Of a stretch of 64,000 nt of DNA, positions 1 through 9,721 are shown one piece after another (the stretch's first letter is position 1; each line of letters opens with the position of its first letter). The DNA is from Thermoanaerobaculia bacterium (lineage in GTDB: Bacteria; Acidobacteriota; Thermoanaerobaculia; Multivoradales; Multivoraceae), in contig OY761158.1 of assembly GCA_963664405.1 (NCBI GenBank), positions 4,736,001-4,800,000 on the forward strand, read 5' to 3'. Position numbers and translations under genes: made by a program. The notes below the pieces were generated by a model, which searched no databases, was not told where the DNA came from, and saw only the letters and a program-made list of their open reading frames with translations.

Positions 1-1255
1 TGTTCGCGCCTTTGTCCGTGCCGAGGGCGAGCGGCTCCGACTCCTTGTTCGCGCTCCGCTCGAGAGCATGCAGGACATGGCCTTCGAGACCACCGGGCCC
101 GGCTATCTGGATCTGCCGGCGGTGCGCGCCTCGGGCAAGCTAGAAGACGCGGCCAAGGTGTGGCTCGGCGACGTGATCGAGCTCTACGAAGGAGAGGCCC
201 TCCTGCCGGACCCTGAGATCGTCGCGACTCGGATCTCGCTGCCCTCGGACCGATCCTTCGCAACCTACGAAGAGGCGTTGACGAAGATCGCGGCACCCGG
301 GCTCCCCGAGGAGACCGACATCGTCTGGCAGCAGGCGATGCTCGACGTTCTCTTCGAGTACCCGATCCGATCGGAGGACTCCGACTTTTCGATTCGGCCC
401 GCCCCTGCCCGGCTCGGCTTGCGGGTGACCACCATCCTCCACTTCGTCACTCCAGGCGGAGCGCTACGCACCTTCGAGCTCCATGGCGATCCCGGCCTGG
501 TTCGTCTCGATCCTCGCTGGCACCAGGCGGCCTCGAGATTTGTCGGCCAGGGCTTCGCTCACATCCTCGGCGGGCTCGACCATCTGCTCTTCCTGGTGTG
601 TCTGGTCATCCCCTTTCGCCGCCTACGGCCGCTGATCGCGCTGGTCACGGCCTTCACCATCGCTCACACGATTACCCTCATTGCTTCTGTCTATGGTCTG
701 GTGCCGAAGGCTCTGTGGTTCCCGGCGCTGGTCGAGACCCTGATCGCCGCGTCGATCGTCTACATGGCTCTCGAGAACATTGTCGGCGCCGATGTGAAGC
801 GCCGCTTCGTCGTCAGCTTCGCCTTCGGCCTGGTCCACGGCTTCGGCTTCTCCTTCGCTCTGCGTGAGTCGCTGCAATTTGCCGGCTCCCATATGGTGAC
901 CTCTCTCCTCTCGTTCAATCTTGGCGTCGAGCTCGGTCAGATCCTGGTGCTCGTGCTTCTGGTTCCGGCGCTGAGCGGCCTGTTTCGGTATGTGGTCGCT
1001 GAGAGGATGGGGACGATCCTGCTCTCCGCCCTGGTCGCCCACACCAGCTGGCACTGGATGAGCGAGCGCGCCGGCGTGCTGAGTCAGTACCGGATCGTGC
1101 CGGCCATTGTCGATGGAGATCAGCTGGGCAGCGCCCTGCCGTGGCTGTTGCTGGCGTTGATCCTGGCTGCCCTGGCCAGACAGGGACTGCGGATCCTACG
1201 CGGCCGTCGAAACAATGAGGCGCCTGCATCGACCCCCAAAGGTCGTGTAACTTAG
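1..1255 (+). CDS. HupE/UreJ-family membrane protein with N-terminal soluble domain (5'-partial)
   Basis: Frame open from position 2; motifs GFAHILGGLDHLLF, FTIAHTITL, FGLVHGFGF, FNLGVELGQ. Confidence 0.85.
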   Translation, partial: VRAFVRAEGERLRLLVRAPLESMQDMAFETTGPGYLDLPAVRASGKLEDAAKVWLGDVIELYEGEALLPDPEIVATRISLPSDRSFATYEEALTKIAAPGLPEETDIVWQQAMLDVLFEYPIRSEDSDFSIRPAPARLGLRVTTILHFVTPGGALRTFELHGDPGLVRLDPRWHQAASRFVGQGFAHILGGLDHLLFLVCLVIPFRRLRPLIALVTAFTIAHTITLIASVYGLVPKALWFPALVETLIAASIVYMALENIVGADVKRRFVVSFAFGLVHGFGFSFALRESLQFAGSHMVTSLLSFNLGVELGQILVLVLLVPALSGLFRYVVAERMGTILLSALVAHTSWHWMSERAGVLSQYRIVPAIVDGDQLGSALPWLLLALILAALARQGLRILRGRRNNEAPASTPKGRVT

Positions 1256-1303
1256 TCAGTCCGTGCTCGATTCCATCCAGGACACCGTTGATCGCCTCCA
1301 ACG

Positions 1304-1819
1304 ATGCGGCTATGGCGATCGTCAGTCTTTGGCGGTGGCCTCACTCATCTTTGGCACTTTATCCTGCGAGGAGTAGAGAGCTCGGTCTCCGCTATACAGT
1401 CGCGACGCGACGTATTAGCATGTTTCGCGACTGATGAGCCAAAGAAGAAAACGGACCCCGAGCTGTTCCTGCCGCTCAGCCCAGCGGCTTTTCACCTTCT
1501 TGTGTCGCTGGCGCGCGAGCACAAGCACGGGTGGGCGGTCCGCAAGGAGATCGAGCGTCTCACCGACGGCCGCATCCGCATGGGCACCGGCACCCTCTAC
1601 GGTTTGATCAAGCGACTGCTACGGCAGGAGCTGATCGCTGAATCCGAGCACCGGCCTCCTGAGATTTGGGACGACGAGCGGCGTCGCTACTACCGGTTGA
1701 CCGAGCTCGGCCACTCGGTGATGTTGGCTGAGGCGTCGAGGATGGAGCGTGCTCTGGCAGTGGCCGAGGAGGTCCGCAATCGACTAGTGGACGGTAACAC
1801 TCGAACGTTTAGTGGCTGA
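1304..1819 (+). CDS. PadR-family transcriptional regulator; start uncertain; C-terminus altered by an inserted element
   Basis: HGWAVRKEI, GTGTLYGLIKRL, RRRYYRLTELG winged-helix motifs; sits upstream of an ADOP-type permease. Confidence 0.85.
   Translation: MRLWRSSVFGGGLTHLWHFILRGVESSVSAIQSRRDVLACFATDEPKKKTDPELFLPLSPAAFHLLVSLAREHKHGWAVRKEIERLTDGRIRMGTGTLYGLIKRLLRQELIAESEHRPPEIWDDERRRYYRLTELGHSVMLAEASRMERALAVAEEVRNRLVDGNTRTFSG
1394..1415. promoter_or_regulatory. Imperfect palindrome, possible PadR autoregulatory operator
   Basis: ATAC-a-GTCGC-gac-GCGAC-GTAT just upstream of the PadR domain. Confidence 0.3.
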
Positions 1820-1951
1820 GTGAGTCATTCGTGGTCGAGATCAAGGCGCGCTGACGCAGGCATATCGGGGACTATGTCGAGGAAGCGTAACGCAGAGATC
1901 GGCCGCGAGGGCCGCTCAGGCGCTAATCGTTTGGGTGTTACGGTCCACTAG
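1784..1951 (+). mobile_element. 168-bp MITE-like foldback element, subfamily A copy 1
   Basis: CTAG at both ends; long imperfect terminal inverted repeats; near-identical inverted copy at 27303-27471; removing it restores the padR end GAAPEPEPS* overlapping the next ATG. Confidence 0.9.
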
Positions 1952-1976
1952 GAGCGGCCCCCGAGCCTGAGCCGTC

Positions 1977-2990
1977 ATGAAGATCTCCGCTCGGCCACGG
2001 CTGATCGACCTGTTGCTTCGCTTGCTGCCTCGGGACTTCAGGGATCGCTTCGGTGGCGAAATGGAGTCAGCTCTCGACCAGGAGTGGAAGGCTTCGAGCG
2101 CGAACGGGAGGGCGGCCAAGCTCTCGTTCTTTTGGCGCGCGATGGGGGATCTGCTGACGACGGTTCCGAAAGAGCATTTGGCCGATCTCGGCTCGGATCT
2201 GCGCTACGCCTGGCGCACGCTGCGAAGACAGCCCCTGTTCGTCACCGCAACCGTGCTCTCACTCGCCATCGGTATTGCTGCCACGACCTCGGTTCTCGCC
2301 ATCTTCGAGGCGACCTTTGGCCGTGGAATCCCTGGCGTAGCGGGGCAGGAGGAGCTTGTCAACGTCAAGGTGAGCTCGGATTTCGAGGAGACTTTCCAGC
2401 TCACTTCCTATCCGAGCTTCCTCGATCTGCGCCAGAGCGGGGTGCTCTCGGACTTGGCCGGCTTCAGCGGCATGCGCATGAGCTGGTCGCAGTCGGAGGA
2501 GGCGATTCCGCAGCTGCTCAGTGTGCAGGCGGTGACTCCCAACTACTTCTCGGTGCTCGGGGTCTCGGCCTCGCTGGGTCGTCTATTCGACTCTGTAGAG
2601 CGGGTGGCCGGTCTGGTGACCGGTGCGCTCGGGCTGGTGGGTCTCTTTCTGACTGCCGTCGGGCTTTACGGAGTGCTCGCGCACATGGTCAGCTCACGAG
2701 CTTCCGAGATCGGTGTGCGCATGAGCCTGGGGGCGCGGCCGCGGGACATCGTGGCCATGGTGCTGCGCTCAGGCTTGAAGTTGGCGCTGCTCGGTCTCGC
2801 GCTCGGGTGGGTGGTCGCTGGGTTGGCGTCGAGGGGGCTGGTGTCTTTTCTCTACGGGCTGAGCCCTTTTGACGCGTGGACCTACGCTTCGATCGCGATC
2901 TTGCTGCTGGGAACGGCGGCGCTGGCGGGATACGTTCCGGCACGGAGAGCGACCAGGATCGATCCGCTCAGAGTCCTTCGACGGGAGTGA
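1977..2990 (+). pseudogene. ADOP/MacB-FtsX ABC permease with large in-frame internal deletion
   Basis: ADOP N-terminus (FRDRFGGEM, DLRYAWRTL) and C-terminal FtsX domain (GLYGVLA..EIGVRMSLGA..PARRATRIDP) joined near 2590; only 337 aa. Confidence 0.75.
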
Positions 2991-3000
2991 AGCTCCCTCG

Positions 3001-3130
3001 GGATGCGCCGTCCTCGGCGCCATATTCCGCATCCGGAGGAAGTGATACCGATCACTTCCGTAGGATGCGCCGTCCTCGGCGCCATGTCATCTAGCCGTAG
3101 GAAATGATAGCCATCATTTCCGGAGGCTAG
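3001..3130. repeat. REP/BIME-like cluster of alternating palindromes
   Basis: 23-nt direct repeat GGATGCGCCGTCCTCGGCGCCAT (3001, 3063) alternating with two 40-nt hairpins; lies between convergent genes. Confidence 0.7.
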
Positions 3131-4532
3131 GCAAGGTTGGCAGGGAGCGACGCCAGCTCAGCAACTTCTCTGATAGCTGCTTGGCCAACTCGACGTTCGT
3201 AGCCGCCAGATTCGTCCGCTCATCTCCGGCTGCTTCCAGGTCGTAGAGCTCGAGGCCGCTGCCGTCGTCGTTGAGCAGCAGCTTCCAGTGACCGTCTCGA
3301 ATCGCCAGGTTGGGGCTCTGGTCCTCTTTCAGGCCCGGGCGCAGGTAAGAAGAGTCGCGGCCGTATTCCCAGAACAGAGGCTGCTTTCGGCGCTGGGGCG
3401 CTCCTAGAAGTGCCGCGCTCATGTCGACCCCATCGAGCTCCGCCTTCGGGAGGGTCACCTCGGCGATCGAACAGAAGGTCGGGAAGAGGTCGATACCCGC
3501 CATCACCGTGGTCTTGTCGACGCTCCCTTCGTCGATGGTGCCTTTCCATCGCGCAATCAGCGGCATGCGGATCCCTCCTTCATAGAGGCTCCACTTACGC
3601 CCCCGCATGCCCGCGGTGCTTCCCGGCGGGTCGAATCCTTCCTCGTAGTAGCGCGGCCACGCGCTTGGGCCGTTGTCGCTGGTCAGCACGATCAGTGTCG
3701 TGGTGGCCAGACCCTGCCGGTCGATGGCATCGATCAGTCGCCCGATCTGGTGGTCCGTCTCATCGAGTACACCGTAGAACCTTTGCAGGTATGGATTGGC
3801 CTTGAATCGCTCGTACTTCTGCAGCAGATCCGCGCGAGGCTCGTGGCGATCGTGAACGTCGTTCAGCCACAGGTGCAGATAGAACGGCCGCTCTTTGTTG
3901 CGGGTCACGAAATCAATCGAGCGGTCGACGTAGATCTCGGTCATCTTGTGCTTCGGCGTGTGGATGATCTTGCCGCGGCCCAACTCGGCGCTTGCTTCCG
4001 AGAGCCCACCCGGCGGCAGAATGCGGTCTCCCAATCCCTCGAAAGAAGTCAGCGACTCTTCGAAGCCGTAGGCTTGGGGCAGAGGGGCGTCGCCGACATC
4101 GCGGCCGCCCCCCATATGCCACTTCCCGAAGTGTGCGGTGGCGTAGCCCGATCGCTGAAACTCCCGTGCGATCGCCGGCGCGTCGGGATCGAGAAAGTCC
4201 GCCATGCCGCGCTCCCGGTTTCGCTCCCGACTGTTGAGGTAGGAGTGGATCAGGTGCCGCGACGGGTACTGCCCGGTGGTGATCCCTACCCGAGAAGGCG
4301 AACAGATCGGCGAGGCCACATAGAACTGTTCCAGTAGCAGGCCGTCTGCGGCCAGAGCATCGATGTTTGCAGTCTGGACATCCCTATTTCCGGTCAGGCT
4401 GAGGTCGCCGTAGCCCATGTCATCGATGAAGATGAAGACGATGTTTGGCCGCTCTGGCGAGCCCGCCTGTTGGCAGATCCCCGGCGGAGACAGCAGTAGC
4501 GCGAGCGCCAACAAGAGGCTTGCAGGTTTCAA
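3114..4532 (-). CDS. Sulfatase (formylglycine-dependent, S1), secreted
   Basis: PNIVFIFIDDMG, CSPSR, GKWH; TTG start overlaps the upstream TGA; signal peptide. Confidence 0.92.
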   Translation of the reverse strand: MKPASLLLALALLLSPPGICQQAGSPERPNIVFIFIDDMGYGDLSLTGNRDVQTANIDALAADGLLLEQFYVASPICSPSRVGITTGQYPSRHLIHSYLNSRERNRERGMADFLDPDAPAIAREFQRSGYATAHFGKWHMGGGRDVGDAPLPQAYGFEESLTSFEGLGDRILPPGGLSEASAELGRGKIIHTPKHKMTEIYVDRSIDFVTRNKERPFYLHLWLNDVHDRHEPRADLLQKYERFKANPYLQRFYGVLDETDHQIGRLIDAIDRQGLATTTLIVLTSDNGPSAWPRYYEEGFDPPGSTAGMRGRKWSLYEGGIRMPLIARWKGTIDEGSVDKTTVMAGIDLFPTFCSIAEVTLPKAELDGVDMSAALLGAPQRRKQPLFWEYGRDSSYLRPGLKEDQSPNLAIRDGHWKLLLNDDGSGLELYDLEAAGDERTNLAATNVELAKQLSEKLLSWRRSLPTLPSLRK

Positions 4533-5110
4533 TTGTCGGTCTCGAGCTTCTTCAGCAGATCTTCCACCTCGAGTGCTCTCGCCCACCGCGAGAGATACTC
4601 GCGGTCCATGCGTTGCCCCTGCGTCTCGTTGATGCCTTGAATGTCGCTCCACTGACGATCGGAGACTTCGCCTCCCATGCGGAACCACTGGAGCTTCCGA
4701 AGCAGAATGTCCTCGGGTGTCTTCACGAAAACGCTACGCTCCGGCTCGACTTGGACCACCTCAGCACGATGGCGCTCAAACTCGACAAGGTCGAAGGGCT
4801 CGTCGCCGCGGACAAACACGTCCACTTTGATCCCGGAGGCGAGGTGAATGAGGTTGAAACTGCCCTTTCTGGGGACGGCGAGACGCGCAGTCTCCTCGTC
4901 AACGTAGAAGGCGTGTCCCAACTTGGAGGCAAGAGCCTTCCCGTCGGAGACTGCCATCTCGACCACGAGATCGATGTCTTGTGTCTGCCGCGGAATACCA
5001 TGGATCGAGCTCGCGTAGGAGCCGCCGACATGGTAACGAAGCCCCAAGTCTTCGAGTGCCTCGATTACACGAATGGCAACCCGAAGGGCTTCGGGAAGCT
5101 CCGGGCTCAT
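4529..5110 (-). CDS. Pol-beta-like nucleotidyltransferase-domain protein (putative TA component)
   Basis: GGSYASS..G..R.TQDID motif; PEDILLRKL. Confidence 0.7.
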   Translation of the reverse strand: MSPELPEALRVAIRVIEALEDLGLRYHVGGSYASSIHGIPRQTQDIDLVVEMAVSDGKALASKLGHAFYVDEETARLAVPRKGSFNLIHLASGIKVDVFVRGDEPFDLVEFERHRAEVVQVEPERSVFVKTPEDILLRKLQWFRMGGEVSDRQWSDIQGINETQGQRMDREYLSRWARALEVEDLLKKLETDN

Positions 5111-5406
5111 GAACCCGTGTCGACCTCGACGATGGCTTGCACTACCTGCTCGGCCTCATCGAGAGGTCCGTAGATCTCTCTCGCCAGGTCCTCTCCCAAC
5201 ACCAGGCCGAGAAGCCGGCGTCGCAAGCGATCCTTGGATTCGCCGGGATGACGCGACCGGAGACCCGTCATCGCCAATTGCCGGGCAGTGCGGTTGGCGT
5301 CCTCGACCAGCTCGACCTTCCTCCAGCTGGGCATCTTGCTGTAGATCTCGACCATCGTCGCCCGCGCTTCGGGAGAGGTGTGCGAGGTGGTGCCATGCTC
5401 GCGCAT
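5107..5406 (-). CDS. Small helical protein coupled to the nucleotidyltransferase gene
   Basis: 99 aa; ATGA overlap with the downstream gene; two-gene TA-like layout. Confidence 0.65.
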   Translation of the reverse strand: MREHGTTSHTSPEARATMVEIYSKMPSWRKVELVEDANRTARQLAMTGLRSRHPGESKDRLRRRLLGLVLGEDLAREIYGPLDEAEQVVQAIVEVDTGS

Positions 5407-5422
5407 CGTTAGTCTTCCGCTC

Positions 5423-6919
5423 TCACTTGCCCGGCATCAGCCATTCCTTGGGCGCCACGAAGCCCTCGCGACCTTCGTCATAAGGAGGTAATCCGTCCGG
5501 GGGCTGCAGCTCTCGGAACTTCTGTGCCTGCACGAACATCTTCAATGCAACGTCGGGGCGTCTGTTGGCGAGATTCGTCGTCTCGTTTGGGTCCTCGAGG
5601 ATCTGGAACAGGAGTATCTTCCGCTTATCGGAGTCCACCCGCCGGTCGGCGAGGCTGGGTCCGGTAACCATCAGCTTCCACTCCCCGTCCGTGTAGGAGA
5701 CCTGTTCTGTCTCTTCTCCGTCCGCCCCGGTGTAAGAGTAGATCTCTCGATCCACTTCGTCTTCTGCGCCGGTTAGCAGGTCCAGTGCGTCGATTCCATC
5801 GAGGGGTTTGCCGCCGTGATCCTGGATGTCGAGAATCCGCATCAGGGTCGGCAGTACGTCTACGAAGGCGAGAGGAGCGCTCAGCTTGCGACCGCCATCG
5901 AATCCGTCCGGCCAGCGGATGGCGGCGGGCACTCGAATGCCGCCCTCGAAAGTAGTGGCTTTGCCCTCCCGCAGCGGTGCATTCGACCCGATACCCCGCA
6001 CGCCGCCGTTGTCACTGAAGAAGAGGACCAGCGTATTGTCTCCCTCACCGGTCTCTTCGACCGCCTCGAGAACCCTTCCGACGCTGTAGTCGAGAGCGGC
6101 GATCATTCCGCCCAGAATGCGGCGCGAGTTCCGCCTCTGCTCGAGGCCGGAGCCGCTGTCGTCGAGGCGGATGACGTCACCGGGCCATTCCCCCGGTACC
6201 GCTTCCAGGTCTTCATACGGCTTCGCGTCCTCCGGCTTGGCCTGGAAGGGCGCATGAGGAGCATTGAACGGGACATAGCAGAAAAAAGGCGCGGCGCCTT
6301 TGGCGTGCTCCTTGATGAAGCTGACGGCGGCATCGGCAATCAGATCGGTGGTACAGCCCTTGTCGTAATTCGACTCATAGCCCCTGTGCCAATCCAACTC
6401 GCCCTCCCGGTCATGGGCGAAGTAGTCGATGGCTCCGTTGTAGTGGCCCATGAACTCGGTGAAGCCTCGCCGCAGCGGGTGATACTTGATGTCCGAGTGT
6501 CCCAGATGCCACTTGCCGAAAATGCCGCGGTGCTCGTAGCCGGCCTGCCCCAGCACCTCGGCCAGAGTCGTCTCGCTGGTGTCGAGACCGCCCTGGCGCC
6601 AAGGCGGAAAAACGGTCCGCATCAGACCGAAGCGGATCGGCCAGCGCCCGGTCATCAGCCCGGCCCGCGTCGGTGAGCAGACCGGGGCAACATAGAAGCG
6701 GTCGAGCTCGACGCCTTCGCGGGCGAGCTTGTCGATATTGGGGGTCCGGATCTCCCCGCCGTGGAAACTGACATCCTCCCAGCCGAGGTCGTCGGCGAGG
6801 AGGATGACGATGTTGGGCTTGTCGCCCTGAGCGTTGGCGACAGCCATCGTCGTGAAGGTCGCCAGGAGCAGGGCGAGCACTGCCGGCCTCCTCAGTAGAG
6901 GGAGCTCTGTTCTTCTCAT
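5423..6919 (-). CDS. Arylsulfatase B-like sulfatase
   Basis: PNIVILLADDLG, CSPTRAGLMTGR, GKWHLG; signal peptide. Confidence 0.93.
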   Translation of the reverse strand: MRRTELPLLRRPAVLALLLATFTTMAVANAQGDKPNIVILLADDLGWEDVSFHGGEIRTPNIDKLAREGVELDRFYVAPVCSPTRAGLMTGRWPIRFGLMRTVFPPWRQGGLDTSETTLAEVLGQAGYEHRGIFGKWHLGHSDIKYHPLRRGFTEFMGHYNGAIDYFAHDREGELDWHRGYESNYDKGCTTDLIADAAVSFIKEHAKGAAPFFCYVPFNAPHAPFQAKPEDAKPYEDLEAVPGEWPGDVIRLDDSGSGLEQRRNSRRILGGMIAALDYSVGRVLEAVEETGEGDNTLVLFFSDNGGVRGIGSNAPLREGKATTFEGGIRVPAAIRWPDGFDGGRKLSAPLAFVDVLPTLMRILDIQDHGGKPLDGIDALDLLTGAEDEVDREIYSYTGADGEETEQVSYTDGEWKLMVTGPSLADRRVDSDKRKILLFQILEDPNETTNLANRRPDVALKMFVQAQKFRELQPPDGLPPYDEGREGFVAPKEWLMPGK

Positions 6920-6942
6920 GACTTGCTAGATTAGAGCATAGG

Positions 6943-9012
6943 ATGTTTGATCACGCGCTCGAAATCGCCACGGCCGGGGACATCGACAAAGCCGTCGAAG
7001 AGCTCCTCGACGAGCTCACCCTGGTAGAGAAAGTAGCGATGATGTCGGGGCGCGGCTTCCTCGACGAGATGCGCAGAAGCGGCGATCGCCTTGGCAGCTC
7101 CACCTACCAAGCAGGCGCCGGCAATGACCGCCTCGGCATTCCTACCCTCCAATTCTCGGACGGCCCGCGCGGCGTCATCACTGGAAATTCGACCTGCTTC
7201 CCGGTCGCCATGGCGCGGGGCGCTGCCTGGGATGTCGATCTCGAGGAGCGCATCGGCGAAGCCATCGGTCGCGAGCTGCGCGCTTTCGGAGGCAACCTCT
7301 TCGGCGGTGTGTGCATCAACGTGTTGCGCCACCCGGCCTGGGGCCGGGCGCAGGAGACCTATGGCGAAGACCCCTGGCACCTGGGCGAGATGGGCTCTGC
7401 GCTGGTACGAGGGGTGCAGCGCCATGGCGTCATCGCCACCATCAAGCACTTCGCCGCCAACTCGATCGAGCGCTCGCGTTTCAAGGTCGACGTCCGGCTC
7501 GGCCAGCGTGCCCTGCGAGAGGTCTACCTACCGCACTTCAAGCGCTGCATCGACGCCGGTGCTGGTTCGGTGATGTGTGCCTACAACAAGGTCAACGGCG
7601 AATGGTGCGGGCACAACCAAGAGCTCCTCCTTCGGATCCTCAAGGAGGAGTGGGGCTTTGACGGTTTCGTCCACTCCGACTGGCTACGCGGTGTTCACGG
7701 CCCCGAGGCGGCGGCTGCCGGCCTGGATATCGAGAATCCCGAAGCGGAGCACTTCGGAGAGCTCCTGGTCGCAGCCGTCGAAGAGGGTCGGGTTCCGAGG
7801 ACGGCGATCGACGACGCGGTGGGCCGCATCCTGCGCACCCTCCTTCGCTTCCGCGCTCAGCCCGATCGCGAGACCTACACATCCGCCCTTGTCGCGTGTC
7901 CCGACCATGTGGCTCTGGCGCGCGAGGCGGCCGAGAAGTCGGCGGTGCTGTTGCGCAACGAGGGCCCCGTGCTGCCCTTGGAGCGTCGCGAGGTGAGGCG
8001 TCTCGCGGTCATCGGCAAGCTCGCAGCGAAGGCCAACCTCGGCGACCTGGGCTCGAGCCGGGTACGTCCGCCCTATGTGGTGACTCCGTTGCAGGGTCTC
8101 GAGTCTTACCTTGGCGAGACTGCCCTGGTGCTCTTCGACGACGGCTCGGACCCCGAGCGCGCGGCGACTCTCGCCGAAACCTGCGATGCCGCGGTGGTGG
8201 TGGTCGGGACGACTCATCGCGACGAAGGTGAGTTCATCTCGAGTGAGATGCTCGCCGGTCGCACCCTCGGTGGCGATCGCGAGATCTTGACGCTTCACCG
8301 TGGCGACGAAGATCTTCTGCTGGCGGTGACCGGGGCCAACCCGCGCACCGTCGCCGTCCTGGAGGGAGGCAGTGCCTTCATCATCGAGCGCTGGAGGCGT
8401 GAAGTCCCCGCCATCCTCATGCTGTGGTACCCGGGTATGGAGGGCGGGACGGCGCTGGCTCGCCTCCTTTTCGGAGACGTGGCTCCGTCGGGCAAGCTGC
8501 CCTTCACCATTCCTCATCGCGCCGACGAGCTTCCTTTCTTCGACGCCGACACCGACCGTATCGACTACGGTCTCTACCACGGTTACACACTGCTCGACCG
8601 CGAGGGCAGCGAGCCGGCCTACGCCTTCGGCTTTGGCCTTTCCTACACCACCTTTGAAACCAGCGACCCGAGGGTAGTGGTGGAGAGTGACAGGGCCGCG
8701 GTCACAGTGAAGGTGCGCAACACCGGTAGACGCGCCGGCGCCGAGGTCGTCCAGCTCTACGTCGGCTTCGCTGAGTCCTCGGTCGACCGACCAGCACGGC
8801 TGCTTCGTGCCTTTACACGGCTGGAGCTATCGCCTGGCGAGGAGCGCGACGTGACCCTGGAGGTGCGGGCCGGTGACCTCAACTGGTACGACGAGGCCGC
8901 AGGCAGCTTTGCGCTCGAAGACATCGAGTACACAGCACTTGTCGGCGGTTCCTCGCGCGCACAGGATCTGGTGGGCGCGCGCTTCCGCTTCGACAGCTTC
9001 AGCCGCTCTTAG
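6943..9012 (+). CDS. GH3 beta-glucosidase with Fn3-like C-terminal domain
   Basis: SDGPRG, GRAQETYGEDP, KHFAAN, SDW nucleophile, PSGKLPFT, EVVQLY. Confidence 0.93.
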   Translation: MFDHALEIATAGDIDKAVEELLDELTLVEKVAMMSGRGFLDEMRRSGDRLGSSTYQAGAGNDRLGIPTLQFSDGPRGVITGNSTCFPVAMARGAAWDVDLEERIGEAIGRELRAFGGNLFGGVCINVLRHPAWGRAQETYGEDPWHLGEMGSALVRGVQRHGVIATIKHFAANSIERSRFKVDVRLGQRALREVYLPHFKRCIDAGAGSVMCAYNKVNGEWCGHNQELLLRILKEEWGFDGFVHSDWLRGVHGPEAAAAGLDIENPEAEHFGELLVAAVEEGRVPRTAIDDAVGRILRTLLRFRAQPDRETYTSALVACPDHVALAREAAEKSAVLLRNEGPVLPLERREVRRLAVIGKLAAKANLGDLGSSRVRPPYVVTPLQGLESYLGETALVLFDDGSDPERAATLAETCDAAVVVVGTTHRDEGEFISSEMLAGRTLGGDREILTLHRGDEDLLLAVTGANPRTVAVLEGGSAFIIERWRREVPAILMLWYPGMEGGTALARLLFGDVAPSGKLPFTIPHRADELPFFDADTDRIDYGLYHGYTLLDREGSEPAYAFGFGLSYTTFETSDPRVVVESDRAAVTVKVRNTGRRAGAEVVQLYVGFAESSVDRPARLLRAFTRLELSPGEERDVTLEVRAGDLNWYDEAAGSFALEDIEYTALVGGSSRAQDLVGARFRFDSFSRS

Positions 9013-9712
9013 ACAGTGCGAGAACCGAGCCGGTGACGATCTTCGCGTCGTCGTCGGCAAGAAAGGCGACCACCCGAGAGATCTCTCCAGGGGACAGCCA
9101 GCTTTCCGTGTCGGCATCGGGCATCGCCTCTCGGTTGGCCGGGGTGTCGATGATCGAAGGGGCGATGGCGTTGACTGTGATGTGGTCGGCGGCGAGCTCC
9201 GAAGCGAGCGACTGCGAGAAATTGAGGACCGCGGCCTTCGAAGCTGCGTAGGCACACATCTGGGCCGCCCCTCGGGTCAGCGCCGGCATCGCGGTCACAT
9301 TGACGATTCGCCCTCCTCCAGCCGCCTTCATCAGCGGCGCGGCAGCACGACAGCAGAGGAAACAGCTGGTGGCGTTCATCTCCTGCATCCGCTGCCAGTC
9401 GGCGAGCGTGGTATCGGCGAGCGCGGCGAAGACGAAACCGCCGACGATATTGCAGAGGATGTCGAGCCGTCCCTCGCTCTCTTCGATCGAGGAGAAGAGT
9501 GCGGCGACTTCGTCTTCGCGAGTGACATCCGCCTGGTGTAGCCCGACCTTGGAGGCCAAGCTGCCGAGAGTGTCCTCGAGAAGGCCGACTTCCTCCTCGA
9601 CGATCCAGGGCACATGAACGGAGGCACCGAGCTCGAGGAAGGTCTTGACGACTCCCCGACCCAGGGCACCGGTGCCGCCCGTGATGACCGCGACGCGCTC
9701 TTCGAGTTTCAT
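8999..9712 (-). CDS. SDR oxidoreductase
   Basis: TGGTGALG, YAASK. Confidence 0.9.
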   Translation of the reverse strand: MKLEERVAVITGGTGALGRGVVKTFLELGASVHVPWIVEEEVGLLEDTLGSLASKVGLHQADVTREDEVAALFSSIEESEGRLDILCNIVGGFVFAALADTTLADWQRMQEMNATSCFLCCRAAAPLMKAAGGGRIVNVTAMPALTRGAAQMCAYAASKAAVLNFSQSLASELAADHITVNAIAPSIIDTPANREAMPDADTESWLSPGEISRVVAFLADDDAKIVTGSVLALSKSG

Positions 9713-9721
9713 CGGATCTTC

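Noticed and set aside
3001-3130. Possible CRISPR array
   Set aside because: Only two 23-nt repeats, the spacers are themselves related hairpins, and there are no cas genes
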